Positions 10,327-19,664 of a stretch of 64,000 bases of DNA are shown here, in pieces. Location of the stretch: assembly GCA_011170375.1 (NCBI GenBank), contig DUEV01000009.1, positions 1,694-65,693 of the forward strand. Reading direction: 5' to 3'. Origin of the DNA: Dehalococcoidia bacterium (lineage in GTDB: Bacteria > Chloroflexota > Dehalococcoidia > Dehalococcoidales > Fen-1064). Within the stretch, counting starts at the first letter, position 1. Every line of letters starts with the position of its first letter. The notes beneath the pieces are model-generated. The model was given only the letters and a program-made list of their open reading frames with translations. It had not been told where the DNA came from and ran no database searches. The position numbers were made by a program, and so were the translations under genes.

Positions 10327-10358
10327 GGCTCACTCGCAGGCACAGGTTCAGTGCCCAC

Positions 10359-10387
10359 AGTCTAGAGGTAAACTAAAGTGATGTCAA
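10359..10387 (-). promoter_or_regulatory. sigma70-like promoter of kinase 2 (-35 TTGACA, 17 nt spacer, -10 TAGACT)
   Basis: The minus strand reads TTGACA-N17-TAGACT, 33 nt upstream of the ATG at 10326. It is homologous to 6295..6323. Confidence 0.5.
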
Positions 10388-10516
10388 GTGACGATGAATT
10401 AGACAATTTAACTTCAGGTGCAGTATGAAACTAGAAGTTGCTGCAAGGCCAGAATTCTTCTTCCCAAATAGGAGTTCGTACATAAAATAACCGAAATTGG
10501 GCTTTGTGTCCTTGCC

Positions 10517-11269
10517 CTATTCGGCGGCAAGCTCCTGTTTCAGCTCGTCGACTATTCTCCTGACTTTTTTCTTGTGTTCCTCTCCGCCTATAGTGTACGA
10601 ATGAGGGACCCAGTTCATATCCTGCAGGTTTTCAACCATACTGGGGAGCAGGTCCCAGGGAATTGACATAAGTATCAGGCCTTCCGGAAAGAGTCGCCTC
10701 GATTTCATGCCGAATCCGAAGCCGGTGACCGTGAAATTCAGTTCACCGCTTGTGTATGGATAGATGTATAGCCAGGCACATCCTATTACCGGTGTTCCCT
10801 TGCTGCACCACAATTTTCCGCTTGTGTAGCTCATGGCTCTCAGTAGTATTTCAGCCTGACTCGTGCTGGCCGTAATAATTAATACGTCTGGCTCGAATGT
10901 CAGCTGGTCTAACGGAGAGAAAGCGACATAGTTAACAGTATCTTTGCCGAGTCTCGGAATGGCATGATAGAGTCTTCTATTGGCCCGTGCCTCCTTAAAT
11001 ACTTCCAGCTTGGGCCCCACTTGCCCGGCCTCGAAAATCGGGTCATGTTCCGTCATACCCAGTATCAGCGGCCCTATGCATGTGAAGTTCTCTTTGGTCA
11101 CATAAAAGGGACTGCTTTTTTGGGCTTCGACAAGCATCTCGCAAAAATCCAGAATCTTGTCCAGCCTCCCGATCCCATCTGGCTTCGTGAATAAGAACTT
11201 GACACCTACGGGTTGCGTCTCGAAGTTAAATTTGTCGAGTATGGACAGGTCCAGTTGCTCCGTGCCCAT
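10517..11269 (-). CDS. DUF169 domain-containing protein
   Basis: The N-terminus (F..QPVGVKFLF...DFCEML) is typical of DUF169 (COG2043). I placed the start at MGTEQLD, which follows a GGAAAGGAGG RBS. Confidence 0.6.
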   Translation of the reverse strand: MGTEQLDLSILDKFNFETQPVGVKFLFTKPDGIGRLDKILDFCEMLVEAQKSSPFYVTKENFTCIGPLILGMTEHDPIFEAGQVGPKLEVFKEARANRRLYHAIPRLGKDTVNYVAFSPLDQLTFEPDVLIITASTSQAEILLRAMSYTSGKLWCSKGTPVIGCAWLYIYPYTSGELNFTVTGFGFGMKSRRLFPEGLILMSIPWDLLPSMVENLQDMNWVPHSYTIGGEEHKKKVRRIVDELKQELAAE

Positions 11270-11296
11270 CTCTACCTCCTTTCCAGCCAATCCGGC

Positions 11297-12211
11297 TCAT
11301 TTCGTTAGTGAAACAACCATTTGTGTAAATTCACTGGCTTCCACGTCAATATCGTCAAAACGGACATGGGAACCCGGGCCTACGTCAAATGCGAAGCTCC
11401 CGAATATAATGGGGAAGTCACTATCGGTGTAATCCAGTTTCAATTCGTCATCAAGATAGAATTTTATATTTGCGCCATCCGAAACTATTTTCACCTCGTA
11501 CCATTTATACGGTTCCAGAATTAACTGCTCGCCAGTCAGATTGAGATACTCCTCGTTTATTTCCCGGGTTAACCCGAAACCTTCTCCGTTCATGTAGAGT
11601 AAATATCGTGAACGAAAGGGAGTCTCACTTCTTCTAAAACCGATGTTGAACTCTCCACTGGTGAGCTTTACTCTGGTTGTGAACGTATAATTAAACCATC
11701 CGCTACCCTTAGGATAAGCAGAACTCCACTGCTCATTCGAGCCACTCAGAACATAATTACCATCTTCGTGTATTACTTCCCAACCCGGACCCAGTGTCCA
11801 GCCGTCAGCCTTTCCGTCCTCGAAATCTTCAGGAAAGGAGATGAGGGTTGGTTCTTGTAAACACGCCCTGCGAAGCTCCTCCTCATGCCAGGGGGCTGCT
11901 ATTCCCAGGTCGCTCCCATATAATCCGAAACAAATAACGCCCACAAATATTAGTGCTGCTATGGCGTAAGAGAGGATGCTACGAATGCGGGCTACCCTTA
12001 AATAGTTCATCAACGCTTTACGATTCAGTATGATGTGAAAGCATATTAGAACTGCCAAGGCATCACTACTGTAGAAGTGTATCATACGCCACATGCTTTC
12101 ATTGTTAAGGCCAATCACGAGTCGTATGACGGGCACGAAAAGAATGCCTGTAGCTGCCGCTAAAGCGAAAGAAATGCATAGCAATAAGCTAACAGTGCGT
12201 CGGGTTCCCAT
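11297..12211 (-). CDS. membrane-anchored protein: N-terminal multi-TM (DUF4405-like) plus C-terminal concanavalin-like/DUF1080-like beta-sandwich domain
   Basis: The N-terminal half has 3-4 predicted TM helices. The C-terminal part (FEDGKADGW...W.V..DG...) resembles DUF1080/LamG-type domains. I placed the start at MGTRRTV, which follows a GGAGGTG RBS. Confidence 0.4.
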   Translation of the reverse strand: MGTRRTVSLLLCISFALAAATGILFVPVIRLVIGLNNESMWRMIHFYSSDALAVLICFHIILNRKALMNYLRVARIRSILSYAIAALIFVGVICFGLYGSDLGIAAPWHEEELRRACLQEPTLISFPEDFEDGKADGWTLGPGWEVIHEDGNYVLSGSNEQWSSAYPKGSGWFNYTFTTRVKLTSGEFNIGFRRSETPFRSRYLLYMNGEGFGLTREINEEYLNLTGEQLILEPYKWYEVKIVSDGANIKFYLDDELKLDYTDSDFPIIFGSFAFDVGPGSHVRFDDIDVEASEFTQMVVSLTK

Positions 12212-12415
12212 AATCACCTCCCGTGCTGCTAAATTGTCTGTTTGTGTCCCGGTCGAACTATGGGATGTATTGTATCTCATTCTATTAGGTCAAACAATGC
12301 TGTCCGGGCTGGGGAAACGGTATCGCCTCAGCAGGTAGGTGTCGCCTGAGGTCGGTGCTGCAAGTTAGGGGCTGAATCTACAGCCTGCCAGTCCCCGATT
12401 TGCTGCCGTACCGCA

Positions 12416-12444
12416 TTGCCCTTTTCAGGGTCGGCTGGTATAAT
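12416..12444 (+). promoter_or_regulatory. sigma70-like promoter upstream of tRNA-Asn (-35 TTGCCC, 17 nt spacer, extended -10 TGGTATAAT)
   Basis: TTGCCC-N17-TATAAT with a TGn extension, about 50 nt upstream of the tRNA 5' end. Confidence 0.45.
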
Positions 12445-12497
12445 ACTAGTCGCTGGTCGTGACTGAATTTTTGCTCTTGACTGACCGGCTTCAACGC

Positions 12498-12572
12498 TCC
12501 CTGGTAGCTCAATGGTAGAGCGGGCGGCTGTTAACCGCTAGGTTGTAGGTTCGAGTCCTACCCGGGGAGCCA
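12498..12572 (+). tRNA. tRNA-Asn (anticodon GTT), CCA encoded
   Basis: A manual cloverleaf fold gives a 75-nt tRNA:
- Acceptor stem TCCCTGG/CCGGGGA.
- D stem GCTC/GAGC.
- Anticodon stem GGCGG/CCGCT with loop CTGTTAA.
- T arm GTAGG-TTCGAGT-CCTAC.
- Discriminator G followed by CCA. Confidence 0.9.
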
Positions 12573-12774
12573 GCTATTTTCACCCATTTTGGCTAGTGAC
12601 TTCCGGTTGTAGGATTGAGTCACATTAACACGTATTTCTTCAAGTCTTTACACTCATGTGCTCATTCTGATGTTCGTTCACTCGCTACTCCCTGAATAAT
12701 AACGGCCTAAACGAACCCTTGACACTGACAGTGGTAGATGCCATCATTTGAACACTGAGAGGGGGACTATTCCG

Positions 12775-13455
12775 ATGCCGACATGGAATGAGCTATTTAC
12801 TGATGAGCTATATGTGAACAGAATCCCTGAATCAGAAGTGAATCACTTTGTCGATGTGTTGGAAATGCTCTTCTCAGAGCGTCCGTTACGTCTCTGGGAT
12901 GTGTGCTGCGGAGGCGGGCGCCATACCATTGCCATGGCACAGCGTGGCCACAAGGTTTATGCCAGTGATAATGCTCCAAACGCCATCCGTCTCACCCAGG
13001 AATGGATATCTTCGCTCAATCTGGAAGTATACCTGGAGCTAGCCGACATGACTGTCTGCCCCTGGCCAGAGATGGGCTTTCACGGTGCTATTTCTTGGGA
13101 TTCGCTGTATCACAATACTCTGGACAATATGAAAAAGGCAGTCAGTGAAATTCACCGTCATCTCCTCCCCGGAGGGCTCTTCATGTGCACGCTTATGTCT
13201 ACGAAATCAGACAGCTTCGTTTGGGGTTGTGGACAACAAGTTGAACCTCGTACGTTTATCCTTGAAGACTCTGCTGATGCTGGGGTACCTCATCACTTCT
13301 GCGATGAGAGCGAGGTCAGGGAACTATTTCGGGATTGGGAATACCTGAGTCTGGCCGAGCAGGTCATTACCTATCTTGAACGCGGTAAAAACTTCTTAGA
13401 TTACAATCCCTTCCCCTTCACCAAGTGGGGTGTACTAGTGCGGAAAATATCCTGA
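12775..13455 (+). CDS. class I SAM-dependent methyltransferase
   Basis: Motif I is VCCGGGRH. I placed the start at the ATG (MPTWNELF), which follows a GAGAGGGGG RBS, rather than at the TTG at 12748. Confidence 0.7.
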   Translation: MPTWNELFTDELYVNRIPESEVNHFVDVLEMLFSERPLRLWDVCCGGGRHTIAMAQRGHKVYASDNAPNAIRLTQEWISSLNLEVYLELADMTVCPWPEMGFHGAISWDSLYHNTLDNMKKAVSEIHRHLLPGGLFMCTLMSTKSDSFVWGCGQQVEPRTFILEDSADAGVPHHFCDESEVRELFRDWEYLSLAEQVITYLERGKNFLDYNPFPFTKWGVLVRKIS

Positions 13456-13502
13456 TATCTGTTGCTGTAAAAAATCGCCTAGATACAATAAAAACAGCCT
13501 CC

Positions 13503-14828
13503 TCACCCCAGTTTATCTATCAGTCTGTGCAGGGGAGCGGCAATCTGGTCCTCCTGGACATGTGGCGAGTAACAACTATCAATCTGCACCAGCTTCGCCA
13601 ACGGCATACGTGAGGCAATAGCTACGGCCAGCTTGTCTACTGTCCCCGATACTATTTCCTCGGAGATTATTTGTGCCCCGACGAGCGTTTTCGTCTTGGC
13701 ATCAGCAATAAGCTTGTAGTGGGCCGGCTTGCCATTAAATCTATCCCTGAGTCGGGCTGTATCCACCGAAATGGAGACTGCTTCCAGTCCCTTTTCTTTG
13801 GCCTCTCTCTCGGTAAAACCGACTGTTCCTACTTGGTGGCCGAATATCTTGGTGACGAACGGCATCACCGTTCCTTCATAGGTAAGTTGATTGCCGGAGA
13901 CCGCGTTTCTGCCTGCAATGTACCCAGTTCTGATAGCATTGGCAGCCAGCTGGTGCTGCCTCTTCGAGCCGGTCACGACATCCCAGTTTTCCATGCAGTC
14001 CCCGATGGCATAGATATCAGGGTCGCTGGTCTGCAGGTTCTGGTTAACCACTATGGCGCCTGTTTCACCAATCTCCAGTATGGCTTTTTGGGCCAGTTCC
14101 ACGTTGGGTCTGGTACCAGTGGCAAAAAAGACGAAGTCCGCTTCTACCTCTCTGTCAGAAAGCAAGATGTGCTTTCGGTCTCCTTTGGTGGCCATGCTCT
14201 CTATCCTGGCCGGCAGTACCAGCTCAACTTCGTTCTGCATAAGAACATCTTTGATTCTCTCTGCCATGTCCTCGTCCAGATAGGCACGCATGATTCCCGC
14301 CCTGACAAGCAGGTATACTCTGCTGTAGCCTCTTGCTTTAAGGGCGTCGGCTATTTCCAGCCCGATAGACCCTCCACCGACAATGGCTGCTTCCTTGGAC
14401 CGGGTGATAGCTTCGTCCAGAGCAACGCCGTCTGTCATATCGGTGCTCAGGGAGAATTCGTTTTTATTATCCAGTCCCGGTACAGTAGGAATGACCGGGA
14501 CAGCACCCAGGGCGAGAATCAGCTTATCGTAGCCATACTCCTTGCCATCGGCGATGATGCACTTTTTCTGTCTGTCAATATCGGTGACCCGGGCATTCAG
14601 GTGAACGGTTGCATTTCTCCTCTCCCAGAAGGAGATTTCCCGAAAACCACGAACAAGCTCGTCCCAGGTGGCAACAGTCCTGCCAAGTACCAGAGGCATC
14701 TCGCAGGGAGGGCAGCCCAGGCTGGTCCTTTTGCTGAAGACGTCGATTTGTACCTCGCTATCCAGGCGTCGAACCTGATTTGCGGCTGTTGCGCCGCCAT
14801 CTCCAGTGCCCACGATGCAAACCTTCAT
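13503..14828 (-). CDS. FAD-dependent pyridine nucleotide-disulfide oxidoreductase (CoA-disulfide reductase / NADH oxidase family)
   Basis: An N-terminal GxGxxG (IVGTGDGGATAA) and a second dinucleotide fold (IVGGGSIGLE). The redox cysteine region is SLGCPPCEMP. Length is 441 aa. Confidence 0.8.
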   Translation of the reverse strand: MKVCIVGTGDGGATAANQVRRLDSEVQIDVFSKRTSLGCPPCEMPLVLGRTVATWDELVRGFREISFWERRNATVHLNARVTDIDRQKKCIIADGKEYGYDKLILALGAVPVIPTVPGLDNKNEFSLSTDMTDGVALDEAITRSKEAAIVGGGSIGLEIADALKARGYSRVYLLVRAGIMRAYLDEDMAERIKDVLMQNEVELVLPARIESMATKGDRKHILLSDREVEADFVFFATGTRPNVELAQKAILEIGETGAIVVNQNLQTSDPDIYAIGDCMENWDVVTGSKRQHQLAANAIRTGYIAGRNAVSGNQLTYEGTVMPFVTKIFGHQVGTVGFTEREAKEKGLEAVSISVDTARLRDRFNGKPAHYKLIADAKTKTLVGAQIISEEIVSGTVDKLAVAIASRMPLAKLVQIDSCYSPHVQEDQIAAPLHRLIDKLG

Positions 14829-14857
14829 TTTTTGCCTCCAGTCTGTAATCTACCGGT

Positions 14858-15169
14858 CTAAATACTATTGAACCACCTTTCTCGCCACTTCTTCATGTAC
14901 TCTTCCTCAGGATAGGTCCTAGCTATGTCTTCCTCGGTGAAGCTGTACTTGTAGTCACCGCAGTAACTCAATAGCAGTTTGTATGCCTCGTTTAATTTCT
15001 TCATCATCGAATCATCTTCGGCACCGTCACTGCCGTGCTTATCAGGGTGGTGGCGATGAGACAGCTTTCGATAGGCGCTTTTAATCTCCTTCATTGTTGC
15101 TGTCTCGCCCAGCCCGAGTAGCCTTCGTGCCTCATCTATGTCATTGAAGTTGACCACTTTCCCTATCAC
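14858..15169 (-). CDS. J-domain (DnaJ-like) protein
   Basis: 103 aa with KSAYRKLSHRHHPDKH, which contains the HPD motif. Confidence 0.75.
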   Translation of the reverse strand: MIGKVVNFNDIDEARRLLGLGETATMKEIKSAYRKLSHRHHPDKHGSDGAEDDSMMKKLNEAYKLLLSYCGDYKYSFTEEDIARTYPEEEYMKKWRERWFNSI

Positions 15170-15180
15170 ACCATAGATAA

Positions 15181-15498
15181 TTAGAGTAATGCCTTGATTT
15201 TCGGTTGAATCATGCTTTCTGGTACTGCACCCAGGATACCATCGACTTGCTGACCGTCTTTAAATAAGAGCAACAGTGGTATACTCATTACCCGATATTT
15301 CTGGGCCATCTCCGGGTTTTCATCTACATTGAGCTTGCAGAATTTGACCCTGTTAGCGTATTCTTCTGATAACTTCTCGGTCACCGGCGCAATGATGCGG
15401 CACGGCCCACACCAGGGTGCCCAGAAATCGACCACTACAGGTATATCACTTTTGATGACTTCGTTTTCGAAGCTCTGGTCATTTATTTCAGTTACCAT
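15181..15498 (-). CDS. thioredoxin
   Basis: WCGPC active site in a length typical of thioredoxin. I placed the start at MVTEIND, which follows an AAGGAGGTG RBS. Confidence 0.85.
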   Translation of the reverse strand: MVTEINDQSFENEVIKSDIPVVVDFWAPWCGPCRIIAPVTEKLSEEYANRVKFCKLNVDENPEMAQKYRVMSIPLLLLFKDGQQVDGILGAVPESMIQPKIKALL

Positions 15499-15520
15499 CG
15501 TCACCTCCTTTAGATTAATA

Positions 15521-15850
15521 CTATTCTTTGGCTGCCAGGTCCTTTTGCCTGAGCTTTTCAATTCGTTTAATTAAGTCGTCTGCCGTTTGCTTCAGCGAAC
15601 CAACCTCGGATGCTAGCTCTGCCTCCGAGACGGGGCGGCTCTCTACAATGGCTTCTTGCGGGCAGGCTTCGAGACAGAGGCGGCACTGGTTGCACCTGGC
15701 CTGGTTTATTTCAGCCGTACTGGTGATAATTGTAATTGCTTGCCGGGGACAGCTTTCGACACACAGCCCACAGCCAAGACATAGACTTTTCTTTATCCTT
15801 AGTATCGTTCCACTTCTCGGTCTAACATTCTCATTCATAGCAGTGTCCAC
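15521..15850 (-). CDS. 2x[4Fe-4S] ferredoxin-domain protein with C-terminal coiled-coil tail
   Basis: Two cluster motifs, CLGCGLCVESCP and CNQCRLCLEACP. The C-terminal about 35 aa form a heptad-like tail (SLKQTADDLIKRIEKLRQK). Confidence 0.8.
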   Translation of the reverse strand: MDTAMNENVRPRSGTILRIKKSLCLGCGLCVESCPRQAITIITSTAEINQARCNQCRLCLEACPQEAIVESRPVSEAELASEVGSLKQTADDLIKRIEKLRQKDLAAKE

Positions 15851-15853
15851 TAT

Positions 15854-16573
15854 TCATAACCCGGCAGCAGCCGTCGTCCCTTTCCCAGCAATCATTATCG
15901 TAAATCCAGCATCAGGGAAATAGCCTTCCCGGGACTCTTCCATATACTGCACCTCTCCCGGACTCTGGAAGAGGGTCGAGACAGTCATCTCGTTCACAAA
16001 ACCTGCCTGAGCCATGAGTCTTACAACCTCATCGTGTCCATAGAACGTGGCGTACTTGTAGAAACGATGGCCTTCTGCCTTCTTCGCTTGGTAAAACTGG
16101 CCCCAGGGACTTTCCGCCAGAACCAGCCCCAGTACTATCTTGCCTCCCGGCCTCAGGATGCGGTTCGCTTCCTTCAGAACATCCAGCGGCGAATCAAGAA
16201 AACACAGGGTTACAATTAAGAAGACCGTACCGAACGATTCTTCATCAAACAGTTTCTGTTCCCCTTCGCCCAGCAGGGTATTTATTCCTCTCTTCATTGC
16301 TATCTCAGTAAGCCTGGCTGACGGGTCAACCCCCGTCTCTATACCAAGTGCCTGGGCGAAGCGACCACTCCCCACACCTATTTCAAGCCAGGGCTTCGGC
16401 AGCGATGGTAATATTTCTTCAAACGCACGTACCTCAATAGGGAAGATGAGGCTTCCTTCTCTGTCGAACCAGGCATCATATTCCTGGGCCAGGTCGTCGA
16501 AGGGAGAAGTGAGGTCTTTTTGGGATTCCATCCCTGCTAGTGGTTGTGGAGCTCTATATTTGTCTGATGACAT
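15854..16573 (-). CDS. class I SAM-dependent methyltransferase
   Basis: Motif I is LEIGVGSGRF, and the post-I and motif II regions also fit. Length is 239 aa. Confidence 0.7.
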   Translation of the reverse strand: MSSDKYRAPQPLAGMESQKDLTSPFDDLAQEYDAWFDREGSLIFPIEVRAFEEILPSLPKPWLEIGVGSGRFAQALGIETGVDPSARLTEIAMKRGINTLLGEGEQKLFDEESFGTVFLIVTLCFLDSPLDVLKEANRILRPGGKIVLGLVLAESPWGQFYQAKKAEGHRFYKYATFYGHDEVVRLMAQAGFVNEMTVSTLFQSPGEVQYMEESREGYFPDAGFTIMIAGKGTTAAAGL

Positions 16574-16603
16574 CCTCGCTCCTTAAGGATATGCTCGATT
16601 TCG

Positions 16604-16954
16604 TTAACTTGATGAGTACTTCATTCCACTAATACTTTCGGACGTCGCGCTACTCAGCAAAGCTCTCAGTGAACTTCGCTCTTGAAAGCCAAGGAGCCTC
16701 TTTATCGGTTTTGAATTATGGAAGAGAAGGATGGTCGGTACAGCAATGACGTGATATCTTTCGGCTATCTCATAGCTCTCTTCCACGTCCAGCCTGACGA
16801 ATTTGACGACCCCGTGATACTCTCTGGCTAACTGGTCAGCGACAAGGCATGTAGCGAAGCAGGGCTGGCACCACTCGGTAGTGAAGCAGGCGAACACAGG
16901 CACTTCACATCCCAGCACTTCTTTTTCGAAATCTATTCCGGTAATTTCAATCAT
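16604..16954 (-). CDS. thioredoxin-like protein (WCQPC)
   Basis: 116 aa with a thioredoxin-fold pattern and a CxxC motif, WCQPC. Confidence 0.7.
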   Translation of the reverse strand: MIEITGIDFEKEVLGCEVPVFACFTTEWCQPCFATCLVADQLAREYHGVVKFVRLDVEESYEIAERYHVIAVPTILLFHNSKPIKRLLGFQERSSLRALLSSATSESISGMKYSSS

Positions 16955-17022
16955 CGTGGTAAATTTCTTCCGGTAATTCGAACCTCATAGCCTCAGATAG
17001 AGGTATTGTATTATTGTCATCC

Positions 17023-17472
17023 TCAGTATTTGCGGTACGCCTTTTTCCAGGGCTCTCGCTTCATTGCGATGCAGTCTCTTATGGCTGCTCTGAGGGTATT
17101 TGCCGCCAGTAGTGCGCAGTGCTCACTTTCCTGGGGAAGTCCGTCCAAGGCATCTAAAATGTCCTGTTGACTAATCCTCTGAGCTTCATCAATGCTTTTC
17201 CCTTTAATTATCTCGGTGATCATGCTGCCAGAGGCTATAGTTGTTCCACAGCCGTCAGTCATGAAGCTGGTATTGATAATGGTGTCGCCATTTACCTTCA
17301 GCCATATCTCCATGGTGTCGCCGCAGGGTCCCGTCACGCTGGCAAAGCCATCAGCATCTTGTATAATGCCTGCATTCCTCGGATTCATGGCGTGGTCAAT
17401 CACCGTTTCGGAATATAACTTACGGGCATCTGCAGATAATAATTCCTGAAGCTCATCAAATTCGGTAGACAT
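17023..17472 (-). CDS. IscU/NifU N-terminal-type Fe-S cluster scaffold protein
   Basis: Three conserved Cys contexts: GPCGD, DGCGT and HCALLA. Length is 149 aa. Confidence 0.8.
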   Translation of the reverse strand: MSTEFDELQELLSADARKLYSETVIDHAMNPRNAGIIQDADGFASVTGPCGDTMEIWLKVNGDTIINTSFMTDGCGTTIASGSMITEIIKGKSIDEAQRISQQDILDALDGLPQESEHCALLAANTLRAAIRDCIAMKREPWKKAYRKY

Positions 17473-17487
17473 TCTTTCGTCTCCTGC

Positions 17488-18492
17488 TCAGTTGCCCCCA
17501 GCCGTCAACGCCTGGACTAGGGATTCACCTAGCTTGGTAACTATTTCGCTGTCATATCGTTCAATACCACCCTCGTCACAGAGCCTGGCCAGTTCAGGAT
17601 CTATCGGCAACTGGCCCAGGAGGGGGGCGTTCACAGCACGAGCCATTTCCTCACCGCGGCTCTGGCCAAAAATCTCAATCTTCTTATCTATTTCAGGTAC
17701 ATACAGGTAACTCATATTCTCGACCACACCCAGAACACGCTTTTCCATTTTCCGGGCCATGTTCACTGCCTTACGGACAATCATTTCGACCAGGTCCTGA
17801 GGGGTAAAAACGACGACTACCCCCGAAATAGGAAATGATTGCATTAGCGTGAGTGGTGCGTCTGCGGTGCCAGGAGGCAGGTCAACAATCAGATAATCAA
17901 GCTTACCCCACAGCACCTCTTCACCAAACTGTTTGATGGCATTGCCAATAAGAGGGCCGCGCCAGATGACGGCGTCATCCTCGCTGGGCAGCAGAAGATT
18001 GATAGACATTACTTCGATACCTGAGGTCGAAAGTACCGGTAGTATCCCGCTCTCATTGCCACTTGGTCGGTCGTTGAGGCCGAACATCTTGGGTATACTC
18101 GGGCCGGTGATATCGGCATCCAGAATGCCTACCTCATAGCCATTACGATTTAGAGCCACCGCAAATAAGCTCGATACCAGGGACTTACCCACTCCTCCCT
18201 TACCACTCATCACGGCAATCATATGGTCAATGTCATTCAGCTCCGTTGCTTTGGCATCGGTGTATTCTGTCTTCACATCATTGACTTCGGGCAGTTGATT
18301 TATTGCTTCTTTTACTTTGGTACTTAGCCAGTCCTGTGCGCCTGGTATCAATCCGGTTGATGACAGGGTAACGTTTACTTCGTTATCGGAAATGGTTATC
18401 TCTCGCACCAAGTTCATCCCGACGATGCTGCGTTGTACGGCAGGCACCAGCACGGTTTCTAATTTCTCTTTAACCTGCTCCTCAGTTATCAT
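17488..18492 (-). CDS. Mrp/NBP35/ApbC family Fe-S cluster carrier ATPase with N-terminal DUF59-like domain
   Basis: Deviant Walker A SGKGGVGKS, plus the family pattern DLPPGT and a ParA-like core. Confidence 0.85.
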   Translation of the reverse strand: MITEEQVKEKLETVLVPAVQRSIVGMNLVREITISDNEVNVTLSSTGLIPGAQDWLSTKVKEAINQLPEVNDVKTEYTDAKATELNDIDHMIAVMSGKGGVGKSLVSSLFAVALNRNGYEVGILDADITGPSIPKMFGLNDRPSGNESGILPVLSTSGIEVMSINLLLPSEDDAVIWRGPLIGNAIKQFGEEVLWGKLDYLIVDLPPGTADAPLTLMQSFPISGVVVVFTPQDLVEMIVRKAVNMARKMEKRVLGVVENMSYLYVPEIDKKIEIFGQSRGEEMARAVNAPLLGQLPIDPELARLCDEGGIERYDSEIVTKLGESLVQALTAGGN

Positions 18493-18515
18493 AGTCTATA
18501 CTCCAATCTCATCCC

Positions 18516-18854
18516 CTAGTGGTCACAAATGTTATCTCCTGTAGCCAGCTGGCCGTCGAGATGGTTCAGGACCGCCTTCTCCGGGTCGCTTTCCAACGCA
18601 CCAAGAATGACTCCGATGCGATTTTGCTGGAAAAGGTTTTGTGCCCTGGAGCCCATCCCACCGGCAATCACAAAGGAGACGCCCTGCTCTGCCAGCCACT
18701 CTGGAAGAAGACCGGGCTGGTGTCCTGGTGACGGAACAAGCTCCTTCTTTAGAATCTCTCGTGTTTGCTCGTCGATGTCGAAAAGGGCAAAATGCTCGCA
18801 ATGACCGAAGTGCGGCGAGACTGCCCCATTGCTTACTGGTACTGCATACCTCAT
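18516..18854 (-). CDS. NifB/NifX-family (dinitrogenase FeMo-cofactor-binding domain) protein
   Basis: 112 aa. The segments HFGHCEHF.LFD and GVSFVIAGGMG match the Nitro_FeMo-Co domain pattern. Confidence 0.7.
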   Translation of the reverse strand: MRYAVPVSNGAVSPHFGHCEHFALFDIDEQTREILKKELVPSPGHQPGLLPEWLAEQGVSFVIAGGMGSRAQNLFQQNRIGVILGALESDPEKAVLNHLDGQLATGDNICDH

Positions 18855-18866
18855 AGCAACCTCCCT

Positions 18867-19160
18867 TTACTCATTTGTTTTCAGTTCGTATTCTGGCTTA
18901 CCTTCGTCGAAAGATATCCCAACAGTCACTTGTTTCCCCTCAGCAAGGTACCTTTCCGATTCGTCCCGCAGCCTACGTGACTCAGGAGATTTTAGAAATG
19001 AGACCAGCATTTCAAACCTCTCGGTCATCTCTTTATCATCTCCTACCGCTCTCAGCAGCGACAGAAGGCAGTTATTTAGCTCCTGCTCAGCCAGGCACTT
19101 GATGCACTTTCCGGGCACCTCACTGGTCGAATACCTGGGGTCGAGGTTAATTGTGTCCAT
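18867..19160 (-). CDS. hypothetical protein (97 aa, CxxC..C)
   Basis: ORF within the operon. I placed the start at MDTINLD, which follows an AGGAGGA RBS. The longer ORF-track version would overlap the upstream gene. I recognise no family. Confidence 0.45.
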   Translation of the reverse strand: MDTINLDPRYSTSEVPGKCIKCLAEQELNNCLLSLLRAVGDDKEMTERFEMLVSFLKSPESRRLRDESERYLAEGKQVTVGISFDEGKPEYELKTNE

Positions 19161-19173
19161 TTGACCTATCCTC

Positions 19174-19410
19174 CTAGTACCGTCGGCAAGTGTCCCCGGT
19201 GGAGCAGGGTGGCGCATCGCAACGCTCGTTCCGGCCACAGCAGGTAGTACCCGCAGCCTGACTACCTGACTTGATCATGTAGGACGCAGACACCAGCTTC
19301 TCAAGATTACCGCTACCACAATCAGGGCAACGAAGCGCTTGCTCACTACTGCGGACAAACACCTCCGAGACCTGGCTACAATCCAGACACTTAAACTCGT
19401 AAATTGGCAC
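19174..19410 (-). CDS. FmdB-family zinc-ribbon protein
   Basis: MPIYEFKCLDC....CPDCGS is the characteristic CxxC..CxxC N-terminus of this family. Confidence 0.75.
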   Translation of the reverse strand: MPIYEFKCLDCSQVSEVFVRSSEQALRCPDCGSGNLEKLVSASYMIKSGSQAAGTTCCGRNERCDAPPCSTGDTCRRY

Positions 19411-19472
19411 CTTCTAGCTTGCCTCCTTCCAGATGATTTTAGGTGAGACACACTGCCTCATGAACTGACACT

Positions 19473-19664
19473 TCAGGTGGGACCGCTCGGAGTACATGAA
19501 TTACCAGAAATTGTGAAAAAGGGAGAGAAGATACGGTGCGAATCCTCTGCCCCACACGCGGGACACTTTGCTTCCCGGTTGCTATCGCTCATGCTACGCC
19601 GTAGCTCGAAACGCTCACCACATTTAGTGCACTCGTATTCATAGATTGGCATGTCGTATGTCAC
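19473..19664 (-). CDS. FmdB-family zinc-ribbon protein
   Basis: MPIYEYECTKCG....CPACGA. It shows a 4-nt overlap (ATGA) with the upstream gene. The true start could instead be the internal MPIYEY. Confidence 0.7.
   Translation of the reverse strand: MTYDMPIYEYECTKCGERFELRRSMSDSNREAKCPACGAEDSHRIFSPFFTISGNSCTPSGPT

Noticed and set aside
13671-14861. 396-aa plus-strand ORF
   Set aside because: It lies entirely antisense to the well-supported FAD disulfide reductase gene (clear GxGxxG motifs). Its translation is low-complexity and carries no recognisable motif. I treat it as a shadow ORF.
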